The notes beneath the pieces are model-generated. The model saw only the letters and a program-made list of their open reading frames with translations. It ran no database searches and was not told the origin of the DNA. Both the position numbers and the translations under genes were made by a program. A stretch of 35,614 bases of DNA from an uncultured Pseudomonadota bacterium (GTDB lineage Bacteria > Pseudomonadota > Alphaproteobacteria > RF32 > CAG-239): positions 1 to 35,614 of the forward strand of contig CADBSM010000080.1 of the NCBI GenBank assembly GCA_902797315.1, given 5' to 3'. Of this stretch, positions 1 to 8,165 are shown one piece after another. Position 1 is the stretch's first letter. Each line of letters starts with the position of its first letter.

Positions 1-399
1 AAAGCATTATTTGCCGATGACTTCAAAGGCATGGAAGATGCTATCAAAAAAGGGGCATCATTAAATACGCCATACGACAATGAAGGCGGATACACGCCTT
101 TTCTAAAAATATGCAAGGAACATATTTCGCCCGATGTTATTGAATGGGCAATCAAGCATGGTGGCAGTGTGACACAAACAACAATCAATAAAGAAACACC
201 GCTTCATATAATGGCAAACAGAAGAAGTTTTTTTGATGCTTTGGAAGTGTTGATTGCACACGGGGCAGATGTTAATGCTGTTGATATTAATGGCGACACG
301 CCTTTAATGCACCTGCTCGCTCAAACCGCTCTTTTGATACCAATAAAAAAACCACCCGTAAAGGGTGGCTTTTTTATTGGTGCCGACAGAGAGACTTGA
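1..399 (+). CDS. Ankyrin-repeat protein, 5'-truncated by the window edge
   Basis: The frame is open back to nt 1; the track ORF begins at an internal Met at 31. There are about three ANK-like units (YTPFLKICKEH..IKHGGSV; ETPLHIMANRR..LIAHGADVNAVD; INGDTPLMHLL). The last ~18 codons read through a terminator hairpin and into tRNA-Thr on the opposite strand, so the C-terminus looks non-native. Confidence 0.7.
   Translation, partial: KALFADDFKGMEDAIKKGASLNTPYDNEGGYTPFLKICKEHISPDVIEWAIKHGGSVTQTTINKETPLHIMANRRSFFDALEVLIAHGADVNAVDINGDTPLMHLLAQTALLIPIKKPPVKGGFFIGADRET
345..376. terminator. Bidirectional rho-independent terminator
   Basis: A GC stem ccaccc (352-357) / gggtgg (363-368) with a 5-nt loop, flanked by an A-run on the left and a T-run on the right. 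On the minus strand it directly follows the CCA end of tRNA-Thr. Confidence 0.75.
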
Positions 400-453
400 A
401 CTCCCGACCCACTGATTACAAATCAGTTGCTCTACCAACTGAGCTATGTCGGC
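378..453 (-). tRNA. tRNA-Thr (anticodon UGU), CCA encoded
   Basis: The reverse complement folds by hand as GCCGACA-TA-GCTC-AGTTGGTA-GAGC-A-ACTGA-TTTGTAA-TCAGT-GGGTC-GGGAG-TTCAAGT-CTCTC-TGTCGGC-A-CCA. It is 76 nt with a 7-bp acceptor stem and TGT in the anticodon loop. Confidence 0.9.
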
Positions 454-468
454 TCAATTTCAAAACAG

Positions 469-497
469 TGTATATATGAAAGATTTTTGCTTGTCAA
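469..497 (-). promoter_or_regulatory. Candidate sigma70-type promoter for tRNA-Thr
   Basis: On the minus strand, TTGACA (497-492) is followed 15-17 nt later by TATATA/TATACA (476-469), about 15-20 nt upstream of the tRNA 5' end. The AT-rich background makes chance matches likely. Confidence 0.35.
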
Positions 498-529
498 TAA
501 AATATTTTATTTTTTTTAAAGTTTTTTTG

Positions 530-557
530 TTGACAAAATTTTAATGGTTTGTATATT
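530..557 (+). promoter_or_regulatory. Candidate sigma70-type promoter (TTGACA-N16-TATATT)
   Basis: TTGACA at 530-535 and TATATT at 552-557. Its position argues that the downstream gene starts at ATG 604, not at the track start 544. Confidence 0.4.
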
Positions 558-603
558 GGTCGCCAGAAAAGTCTTATTGTTTACCCTTAATACATATGTT
601 TTT

Positions 604-1371
604 ATGGAAAGAATTATTGAAAATCAAGAGGGTCTAGCCATTTGTAAGTTTGCGTTTGGCAAGACAGAATGTGAGCGAAAAGGAATATTTCGCTTTGTTG
701 GGAAAAATCTTTGCGGTTTGACCCAGGACGAAAAAAAGCACCCCTTGGTGGCCAAGTTTCTTCAAAGTTTTAGGCAGCCTTCTGCCAAAGAGCTTTCCGA
801 ACTGAATGCCAACTTCAAGGTGGCAATTGTCAACGGGGTCTGTCATCTTTTTGCCGACGATGATGCCGGCATTGAAGAAGTTGCCGATAATTTGGGTACA
901 GTGTTGACGCCGGCTTTTGCCTATCAAAAATTTCTTTTTGTCTTCAACAAGAAAAAGAAGGTTTTTGAGCCGGTTGAGGTAGATATCCTTTATCTCAATA
1001 ACAATTACCTGTTGCTTGTTGTCGGCGATTTGTTGCTCAGATTTGATAAGGACAGTTTGAGCAGAGTCGGCAATTTTGTCTCGCTTACTCAAGTTCCTGA
1101 AGGAGTCGTCGTTGTGGCACTGAATGAAAAATCTACGGAAAGCGTTTTTGCTTTTTGTGAAAACATTCACTTACTCTTCAGAACAAAGCCGGATTCGCGC
1201 TATGAAATCGACCATGAAAGCGGCAAGGTGACTCACGAGTACGCGCTCAAAGTCCTTCGCATGGCACCTCGTGAGGATTTGCAAAGAGATGAGCCTGCCT
1301 TCAGAAATATGAAGGACATTTATGCCATTAAAGGCAAAGGTTATGTTTTGATCAGTCAAACATTCTGCTAA
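604..1371 (+). CDS. Hypothetical protein (255 aa from Met 604; track ORF starts at 544)
   Basis: A long ORF followed by a clean terminator. I recognise no motif. The start is uncertain because no obvious SD precedes 604. Confidence 0.55.
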   Translation: MERIIENQEGLAICKFAFGKTECERKGIFRFVGKNLCGLTQDEKKHPLVAKFLQSFRQPSAKELSELNANFKVAIVNGVCHLFADDDAGIEEVADNLGTVLTPAFAYQKFLFVFNKKKKVFEPVEVDILYLNNNYLLLVVGDLLLRFDKDSLSRVGNFVSLTQVPEGVVVVALNEKSTESVFAFCENIHLLFRTKPDSRYEIDHESGKVTHEYALKVLRMAPREDLQRDEPAFRNMKDIYAIKGKGYVLISQTFC

Positions 1372-1380
1372 GCATGAAAA

Positions 1381-1415
1381 AACAACCCCTTTAAAAGTCG
1401 GGGTTGTTTTTTTTT
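1381..1415 (+). terminator. Rho-independent terminator
   Basis: Stem aacaacccc (1381-1389) / ggggttgtt (1400-1408) followed by a run of T. Confidence 0.7.
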
Positions 1416-1448
1416 ATGTTGACAATATATCTCTCAAAGGAGAAAAAA

Positions 1449-2378
1449 ATGGCACAGTATATTGCGAAAATCATTATTCTTGGTTCAGGGCCTGCAGGAT
1501 ATACGGCGGCAATTTATGCTGCACGTGCTGGCCTCAATCCTTGTCTGATCTCAGGCTTTGATGTTGGTGGTCAGCTTACAATGACAGCAAGTATCGAAAA
1601 CTTTCCGGGTTTTCCTTTAAGTATTTCCGGTTCAGAATTGATGGAAAAAATGCACCAACAAGCACTCAATGTTGGTGTGACAATCGTTAACGATAAAATC
1701 AATGAAGTCGATCTGTCGGAGCGCCCATTTGTCTTAAGTTCTGAAAATGGTAACTGCTTTAAAACAGAAAGTTTGATTATAGCAACAGGAGCAAGCGCCA
1801 AATGGTTGAATTATGATTTGCATAAAAAATATATAGGTTATGGACTTTCAACTTGTGCGACATGTGACGGATTTTTGTATAAAAACAAAGTTGTTGCTGT
1901 GGTCGGAGGTGGTAATGCTGCGGCAGAAGAAGCTCTCTATTTAACTAATTTTGCTTCTAAGGTTGTTATTGTTCATCGGCGAGATACTTTGCGTGCTGAT
2001 CAAATATTACAAGACAGACTTTTAAAAAATCCCAAAATAGAAATTCAGTGGAACAGTGTGATTGCTGAAATATTGGGTGAAAAATCAATTACATCTCTTG
2101 TGCTTAAAAATGTTTTAACTGATGAGAAAAAGAAGCTGGAAGTTTCCGGTGTTTTTTTGGCTATCGGGCATCAACCTAATACAGATATTTTCAAAAAATA
2201 TCTGACACTAGATCAAGATGGTTTTATTGTGACACAGCCTAACAGTTCACAAACAAATATTGAAGGTGTCTTTGCTGCAGGTGATGTAAAAGACAATGCT
2301 TATCAACAAGCGGTTATCGCAGCTGGTTCGGGAGCAATGGCCGCGATGGAAGCCCAAAGATATTTATCAAATTTGTGA
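1449..2378 (+). CDS. trxB: Thioredoxin-disulfide reductase
   Basis: FAD-binding GSGPAGYTAA, redox-active CATCDG and NADPH-binding GGGNAAAEEA..HRRD motifs. AAGGAG lies upstream of ATG 1449; the track start 1404 is a spurious extension. Confidence 0.9.
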   Translation: MAQYIAKIIILGSGPAGYTAAIYAARAGLNPCLISGFDVGGQLTMTASIENFPGFPLSISGSELMEKMHQQALNVGVTIVNDKINEVDLSERPFVLSSENGNCFKTESLIIATGASAKWLNYDLHKKYIGYGLSTCATCDGFLYKNKVVAVVGGGNAAAEEALYLTNFASKVVIVHRRDTLRADQILQDRLLKNPKIEIQWNSVIAEILGEKSITSLVLKNVLTDEKKKLEVSGVFLAIGHQPNTDIFKKYLTLDQDGFIVTQPNSSQTNIEGVFAAGDVKDNAYQQAVIAAGSGAMAAMEAQRYLSNL

Positions 2379-2396
2379 AAATAGGTTTCTTCGGCT

Positions 2397-3002
2397 TTAG
2401 TCTTCCTCATAACCAATGGCTTGTGAAACAATGACTTGTTCGTTTTCAGGAAGCTTTAAGGTTTTAGCTACAACATTTTTATCAAACAAAGCACGGACAA
2501 CAGATCCTAAATTATTTGTGGCAGCATAAAGCTCGACATTTTGATAAGCAGACCCTGCGTGCATAATCGAATAGTGTTTTTCATCAGTGCTACCGGTATA
2601 AATTAAAACAGCGGGGACATTTTCCATAAAAGGCTGGGTAGCAAACAAGTCTAAAATGTTTTGATCAAGAACTTTTGTTAAAGTATTTGCCTCGCCGTCA
2701 TATAAAAACACACCATCTTTTTGGGCAACATAAACAGACAAGTCTTTTTCGTTGCGCGCTGTCGGAATTGTGCGTCGCCCATCTGCTCTGTTTGCGCCAT
2801 AAGCTACCCACAAAACATTGCTCATCATTTGCGGCTCTATTTTTTTGTTTTCAAAACGGCGTACAGATTTTCGAGTTTTGAGGGCTTGATATAAGCTTGC
2901 TTGAGTGTCAATTTTAGGCTCTGGCAATTGGATCGGTTCAAAGGCTCCAGCAACAGAGCTGATAAGACCAAATGCTGCTGAAAGTATTGTTGTTTTCTTC
3001 AT
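2397..3002 (-). CDS. Nitroreductase-family flavoprotein with an N-terminal signal peptide
   Basis: The R-K-S-V-R-R-F motif is typical of the nitroreductase fold. The N-terminus MKKTTILSAAFGLISSVAGA looks like a Sec signal. It is the last gene of the murF-nrdR-nusB-def string. Confidence 0.65.
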   Translation of the reverse strand: MKKTTILSAAFGLISSVAGAFEPIQLPEPKIDTQASLYQALKTRKSVRRFENKKIEPQMMSNVLWVAYGANRADGRRTIPTARNEKDLSVYVAQKDGVFLYDGEANTLTKVLDQNILDLFATQPFMENVPAVLIYTGSTDEKHYSIMHAGSAYQNVELYAATNNLGSVVRALFDKNVVAKTLKLPENEQVIVSQAIGYEED

Positions 3003-3021
3003 GGTTAAAATCCTTTTATGT

Positions 3022-3558
3022 TCAAATGTTGTTTTTTTGTTCGCGTAATTTTTGAAGCTTTTTTAATAACATATTGCGTTTTAATCGGCTTAAATGATCA
3101 ATATATAAAATACCGTCAAGGTGGTCAATCTCATGTTGCAAAACAACGGCTAAATAGTCAGTGGCTTCAATCAAGTATTCTTTGCCATTTTCATCAAAAT
3201 AACGGACCTTGATTTTTTGATGTCTTTCCACTTCAGCTCTTTGCTCAGGAATAGATAAGCAACCTTCACAAAACAAAATCATTTCTTCGGAGCGATAAAT
3301 AATTTCGGGGTTAACTAAAAACATCGGCTGCCCTTTTTTTAAGTTTCCTTCTTCATCATCTTGCTGAAAAGCATCAATCACAATGATGCGCTTTAAAACA
3401 CCAACTTGAGGTGCAGCTAGCCCAACGCCATGATCGGTATACATGGTCTCTAGCATATCAGCTAAAAATCTTTTCAGCTCATTATCGAATTTTTCAACCG
3501 GCAAAGATTTTTGTGTTAAAATCGGATCAGGATATTCAAAAAGTTTTAAGATAGACAT
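3022..3558 (-). CDS. def: Peptide deformylase
   Basis: All three metal and catalytic motifs are present: GVGLAAPQ, EGCLS and QHEIDH. Confidence 0.93.
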   Translation of the reverse strand: MSILKLFEYPDPILTQKSLPVEKFDNELKRFLADMLETMYTDHGVGLAAPQVGVLKRIIVIDAFQQDDEEGNLKKGQPMFLVNPEIIYRSEEMILFCEGCLSIPEQRAEVERHQKIKVRYFDENGKEYLIEATDYLAVVLQHEIDHLDGILYIDHLSRLKRNMLLKKLQKLREQKNNI

Positions 3559-3560
3559 CT

Positions 3561-4052
3561 CTATGCCTCTCGAACAGAATGGGCAATTTGATCAAGTAAT
3601 GCGTTAACCATTTTGGGTTCGTTTTTTGCAAAAAAGGCATAAGCTAAATCAACATACTCCTGAATCAAAACTTTTGTGTCGATTTGTGTGTTAGTGGTGA
3701 GCTCAAAAACAGCACATAAAAGCAAGGATTGCATGGTGCCATCCATTTTCTCAAAGTCCCATTTTTCTTTCAAATAAAGAGCTAAAGATTTTTCGAGATG
3801 TTCTTTTTTTTGATGAACTCCCCTCACTAAATTTTCAAAATAAACCGTATCAATCGGCGAAATCTCCACGAGTTCTTCTGTATGGTTTAAACCATTTTCA
3901 TCAATAACAAAGCGTCCGATTTTGCCGTCTACAAAATCTTTAATAACCTCGTCTATAGGTAAATCTGAAAACGCAGCCATGTATGTGGCTTGAACAGCAG
4001 CCAAACGCGCGCCTGATTTTTTTCTAATTTTTTCAGAAACAAACTTTGGCAT
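3561..4052 (-). CDS. nusB: Transcription antitermination factor NusB
   Basis: NusB-like length and helical sequence (ARLAAVQATY...). It is tightly packed between nrdR and def, a common nrdR/ribD-nusB arrangement. Confidence 0.8.
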   Translation of the reverse strand: MPKFVSEKIRKKSGARLAAVQATYMAAFSDLPIDEVIKDFVDGKIGRFVIDENGLNHTEELVEISPIDTVYFENLVRGVHQKKEHLEKSLALYLKEKWDFEKMDGTMQSLLLCAVFELTTNTQIDTKVLIQEYVDLAYAFFAKNEPKMVNALLDQIAHSVREA

Positions 4053-4058
4053 ATTAGT

Positions 4059-4541
4059 CTAATCTCCTTTCTTTTCTGTGGAAGGTTTGACAAGCTCGTC
4101 AATTGTTTTGACGAAATCTTCAAAATCCTTGACTTCCTTAAAATCCTTATAAACTGAAGCAAAGCGAATGTAGGCAATGTGGTCAAGACGAGCCAAGCAA
4201 TCCATCACAGCTTGTCCAATAGCGGTTGTGGATATTTCTCCTTCTCCGCTGCTTTCAAAAGATCTGATAAGCGAATTGACAACTTTTTCCACTCTTTGTT
4301 GTGAAACAGGACGCTTTCTTAAAGCGATTTCAATTGAGCGATAGAGCTTTTCGCGTTCAAAAGGTGTGCGCTCGCCATTTTTTTTGACCACCATTAATTC
4401 TCTTAGTTGGACGCGTTCAAAGGTCGTAAAGCGAGAGCCGCATTCTGGACATTCTCTTCGGCGACGTATCGATGTGTTGTCATCACTGTTGCGCGAATCT
4501 TTGACAATTGTATCATCAAATCCGCAAAACGGGCACTTCAT
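4059..4541 (-). CDS. nrdR: Transcriptional repressor NrdR
   Basis: MKCPFCG...[12 protein letters not shown] zinc ribbon followed by an ATP-cone region ([16 protein letters not shown]...). Confidence 0.9.
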   Translation of the reverse strand: MKCPFCGFDDTIVKDSRNSDDNTSIRRRRECPECGSRFTTFERVQLRELMVVKKNGERTPFEREKLYRSIEIALRKRPVSQQRVEKVVNSLIRSFESSGEGEISTTAIGQAVMDCLARLDHIAYIRFASVYKDFKEVKDFEDFVKTIDELVKPSTEKKGD

Positions 4542-4546
4542 GTTTT

Positions 4547-5872
4547 TTAGTTTCCTTTTTTTATCAGTTCTTCTGCTACTTTGTAAAGTTTTGATGAATA
4601 TCTTGCCCCTTTTATAAGCAAAATATCTTCATTTTGCAAGAGTTGATTTAATAAAAAATCACAAACACCCTCATAAGTTTCAAAATAATACTGACGGATA
4701 TGTTTTGGTAAACAGGCGAGCATATCTTTCATTTCAGGACAAACGCCGATAACAATATCAATGTTTGTTTGAGATAAAATCTGGCCGATTTCAAGGTGTT
4801 TTTGTTTTGATAAATTACCAAGTTCAGCCATTTTACCTAAAAGAGCAATTTTGCGACCTTTAGAAGGCATCTTATTAAGAGATTCAATTGCAAGTTTCAT
4901 TGCTTCTGGCTGTCCAGAATAGCTGTCATCAATCAAAGTATATGTTTCCTTTGGGCTAAGGTTAAGGGTGTGTTTTTTTCCTCGGCCATCTAATGCGCCA
5001 AAATCTTTGATGTAGGAAGCTGCCTTTGAAGCATCTAGACCTAAAGCTTGAACAACCCTTAAAGTCGCCCAGGCGTTGTACAGATGATGTAAACCTGTAT
5101 CTTGTGTCTCAAAAAAGACATTGGGCTGATGCGTTTGACCAAACAAGAGAATATGGTTTGTTTTTTCTTTGGCTTTGTCTATTAAAATATCAGCAAAATT
5201 TGTGTCAGAATTGATAATGGCTGTGCCGTTTTTTTTGAGACCTTCGAAAATTTCTGCCTTTGCGCAAGCAATATCCTTCAGGCTTTCGAAAAATTCAATA
5301 TGCATTGGGTAAACATTTGTAATTAAGGCAATATCTGGTTTAACATAAGAGCTCAGGCGTAAAATTTCACCTTTGGCGCTCATTCCCATTTCAATAACAG
5401 CAAAATCGGCGCTCATATCAAGCTGGCACAAACTTTCTGGAACGCCGACAAAGTTGTTGTGATTGCCTTTTGTCGCATAAACTTTACCAAATTGCGATAA
5501 AATAAATTTAATTTCTTCTTTGGTTGTTGTTTTGCCGGCGCTACCGGTTAAGCCGATGACGGTGCCTTTAAATTGTTGGCGGATGTAAGAGCCTATTTTG
5601 CCATAGGCATCAAGGCTGTCTCGGACAACAATTTGTTTGTTTGGATCAGCATCTTCAATCAAATGCTCAACAATAGCTAAAACAGCGCCTTTTTCAAAAA
5701 CATCTTTCACATAGTGGTGACCGTCAAATAAATCGCCTTTAATAGCAATAAAAATATCTCCTTTATCAATTGTGCGGCTGTCTGTTGAAATGTTCTTAAT
5801 ATTTTGGTTGCTCAAATTTGTATGTGTGTTTAAAATTTGCGTGATTGTTTGTATGTCTATTTGCATGCTCAT
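4547..5872 (-). CDS. murF: UDP-N-acetylmuramoyl-tripeptide--D-alanyl-D-alanine ligase
   Basis: Mur ligase P-loop [13 protein letters not shown] and the TDSR..GD.F.A.KG N-terminal signature. I chose the start at ATG 5872 (MSMQIDIQ) because AAGGGA lies 5 nt upstream; the track ORF extends to 5908. Confidence 0.88.
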   Translation of the reverse strand: MSMQIDIQTITQILNTHTNLSNQNIKNISTDSRTIDKGDIFIAIKGDLFDGHHYVKDVFEKGAVLAIVEHLIEDADPNKQIVVRDSLDAYGKIGSYIRQQFKGTVIGLTGSAGKTTTKEEIKFILSQFGKVYATKGNHNNFVGVPESLCQLDMSADFAVIEMGMSAKGEILRLSSYVKPDIALITNVYPMHIEFFESLKDIACAKAEIFEGLKKNGTAIINSDTNFADILIDKAKEKTNHILLFGQTHQPNVFFETQDTGLHHLYNAWATLRVVQALGLDASKAASYIKDFGALDGRGKKHTLNLSPKETYTLIDDSYSGQPEAMKLAIESLNKMPSKGRKIALLGKMAELGNLSKQKHLEIGQILSQTNIDIVIGVCPEMKDMLACLPKHIRQYYFETYEGVCDFLLNQLLQNEDILLIKGARYSSKLYKVAEELIKKGN

Positions 5873-5936
5873 TTTTCCCTTTATTTCATAATCTAAAAGA
5901 TAGCTCAAATATTCTTGAAAATATGTTAAAATTTGC

Positions 5937-5964
5937 TTGCATATTCGCAGATAATTTTTATAAT
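5937..5964 (+). promoter_or_regulatory. Candidate promoter of the hydrogenase operon (TTGCAT-N16-TATAAT)
   Basis: Hexamers at 5937-5942 and 5959-5964, about 40 nt upstream of the first hydrogenase gene. The region is AT-rich, so this is only a candidate. Confidence 0.3.
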
Positions 5965-6001
5965 ATCGGCGGAGTTTATATCTATTTTTAAGGAGTATAA
6001 A

Positions 6002-6478
6002 ATGTCAGAAGAGACTTCTCAAGCCTGTCAGGTTGCCGATAAGTGGCGTAAAAAACGCGGCTCGCTGATTATGGCTTTACATGAAATTCAAGGAATTAAA
6101 GGTTATGTCGAATTTAAAGATGCTATGGATTTGTCTGAACGTATGAATATCCCTTTGGCGCGTATCTATGAAGTTTTGACATTTTATAACTTTTTTAAAC
6201 TTGTAGCCCCTGGAAAAGCTGTTATTTCAGTGTGTACGGGTACGGCTTGTTACTTAAAAGGCAATGATAAAGTACTCGATAAGTTCAAATCTGAGCTCAA
6301 AATTAAAGAGGGTGAAAGTACAGCAGATGGCTTATTCCATTTGCAATGTGTGCGTTGTGTCGGTTGCTGTGGTTTAGCGCCGGTTTGCGTTGTTAACGGT
6401 AAAACATACGGACGTATGACGCCAGAACAAGTGCCTGCAATTTTAGATGAATGGCGCGAAGCGTTTAAGGAGAACTAA
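6002..6478 (+). CDS. hydC: NuoE/HydC-type [2Fe-2S] thioredoxin-like ferredoxin subunit
   Basis: Cys pattern CTGTAC...CVRCVGCCGLAP is typical of the NuoE 24-kDa family. AAGGAG lies upstream of ATG 6002; the track ORF starts at 5933. Confidence 0.85.
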   Translation: MSEETSQACQVADKWRKKRGSLIMALHEIQGIKGYVEFKDAMDLSERMNIPLARIYEVLTFYNFFKLVAPGKAVISVCTGTACYLKGNDKVLDKFKSELKIKEGESTADGLFHLQCVRCVGCCGLAPVCVVNGKTYGRMTPEQVPAILDEWREAFKEN

Positions 6479-6479
6479 A

Positions 6480-8162
6480 ATGGTTGATATGGCTGAAATT
6501 AATAAAAGATTTGACATTCATGAAATTGCAAAAAACAAGCTTGCAGAAATTGAAAAATATATTTGTACGATTTATTGCTGTCATTCAACTGGCTGTAAAT
6601 CTTCAGGAAGCGATGAGATCATTGCTCTCATTTCTCAAATTGTTGAGGAGAACGGGTTAAACGAAAAAATTCGTGTCGTTGCTACAGGGTGTATGGGTCT
6701 TTGTGCTCAAGGACCTCTTATCAGAGTTGAAATCAAAGGGCAAAAAGATTTGCTTTTTAAACGTGTTGATTTGGATGCAACAGCAGATATTATGCGCCAA
6801 TATGTTGTTCCTGCCATTGAGGCAAAAGGGCAGGCTGTTCTTCCTGCTAATCTTGAACGCTATGTTTTGTCGCTTGATTTGCCTTTCTTTAAAAAACAAG
6901 AAAAAGTTGTGTTGCAAAATGCTGGGCATTTGGATCCAGAAGACATTACTGAATATATGGCTCATGGTGGTTATTTGGCTTTAGAAAAAGCATTGAAAAC
7001 GATGAGCCCCAAAGAAGTTGTTGATGAGATTAAAAAATCAGGCTTAAGAGGCCGAGGCGGTGGCGGTTTTTCGACAGGTATGAAATGGGAGCTAGCGGCA
7101 GCTGTGCCAACTGTTGATGAAAAATTTATTATCTGTAATGGTGATGAAGGAGACCCGGGGGCATATATGGACCGCTCTATTTTGGAAGGGGATCCTCATG
7201 CCGTGATTGAAGGTATGATGATTGCAGCCTATGCAATTGGGGCAACCTCTGGCTGGTTCTATGTTCGTGCCGAATATCCGCTTGCTGTTGAGAGGCTTGA
7301 AAAAGCGATTAAAGCTTGTAAAAAGAATAGGCTTCTTGGCAACAATATTATGGGCACAGATTTTTGTTTTAATGTTGATATTAGGCTTGGCGCAGGAGCT
7401 TTTGTTTGCGGTGAAGAAACGGCACTTATTCATTCAATTGAAGGTGCAAGAGGTACGCCTCGTCCACGACCGCCTTATCCAACTAACAAAGGTTTATGGG
7501 AAAAACCATCATGTGTTAACAATGTGGAAACCTTAGCAAATGTTTCTAAAATTCTTTTGAAAGGCGCTGATTGGTTTGCATCTTTTGGAACAGAAACATC
7601 TAAAGGAACAAAGGTGTTTGCCTTAACAGGTCAGGTTGAACACTCTGGCTTGATTGAAGTTCCGATGGGGACAACAATTAATGAAATTGTTAATGAAATC
7701 GGAGGCGGCGTACCAATGGGAAAAACCTTAAAGGCCGTGCAAACAGGTGGCCCATCAGGCGGTGTTATACCTGCAGAATATATGGATATGCCAGTCTGTT
7801 ATGAAGAACTTAAAAAGCTTGGCTCAATCATGGGTTCGGGTGGTATGATAGTGATTGATGACAGCTCGGACATGGTTTCACTGGCTAAATTCTACCTCGA
7901 TTTTACAGTTGATGAATCGTGCGGCAAATGTGCGCCATGCCGTATAGGCGGCAAACAAATGCTGACTTTGCTTGATAAAATTAATCGAGGCCGAGGCAAA
8001 AAGAAAGATTTGGAGCTTTTAAAGCAAATCGCATTTGCTATGCAAAAGGCTTCTCTGTGCGGACTTGGTCAGACGGCTCCGAATCCGGTGCTCTCAACCC
8101 TAAGGTTCTATGAAAAAGAATATACAAACAAATTGCTTGATACCCCAAAAGAGGAGAAATAG
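6480..8162 (+). CDS. hydB: NuoF/HydB-type NAD(P)H- and FMN-binding subunit with an N-terminal [2Fe-2S] domain
   Basis: N-terminal thioredoxin-like Cys set (CCHSTGC...GCMGLC), FMN site GRGGGGFSTGMKW, CNGDEGDPGAYMDR, and a [4Fe-4S] site CGKCAPCR...CGLGQ. The start at 6480 follows AAGGAG. No C-terminal 2x[4Fe-4S] ferredoxin module is present. Confidence 0.88.
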   Translation: MVDMAEINKRFDIHEIAKNKLAEIEKYICTIYCCHSTGCKSSGSDEIIALISQIVEENGLNEKIRVVATGCMGLCAQGPLIRVEIKGQKDLLFKRVDLDATADIMRQYVVPAIEAKGQAVLPANLERYVLSLDLPFFKKQEKVVLQNAGHLDPEDITEYMAHGGYLALEKALKTMSPKEVVDEIKKSGLRGRGGGGFSTGMKWELAAAVPTVDEKFIICNGDEGDPGAYMDRSILEGDPHAVIEGMMIAAYAIGATSGWFYVRAEYPLAVERLEKAIKACKKNRLLGNNIMGTDFCFNVDIRLGAGAFVCGEETALIHSIEGARGTPRPRPPYPTNKGLWEKPSCVNNVETLANVSKILLKGADWFASFGTETSKGTKVFALTGQVEHSGLIEVPMGTTINEIVNEIGGGVPMGKTLKAVQTGGPSGGVIPAEYMDMPVCYEELKKLGSIMGSGGMIVIDDSSDMVSLAKFYLDFTVDESCGKCAPCRIGGKQMLTLLDKINRGRGKKKDLELLKQIAFAMQKASLCGLGQTAPNPVLSTLRFYEKEYTNKLLDTPKEEK

Positions 8163-8165
8163 AAA

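Noticed and set aside
544-603. The track start codon at 544 for the hypothetical gene.
   Set aside because: It lies inside the predicted TTGACA-N16-TATATT promoter (530-557), so ATG 604 is more plausible. Confidence in either start is low.
634-1359. Minus-strand ORFs 634-1170 and 1171-1359.
   Set aside because: They are antisense to the longer + strand ORF that owns the promoter and terminator. They have no start context of their own.
3953-4186. A 77-aa minus-strand ORF spanning the nusB/nrdR junction.
   Set aside because: It overlaps two well-supported genes in another frame.
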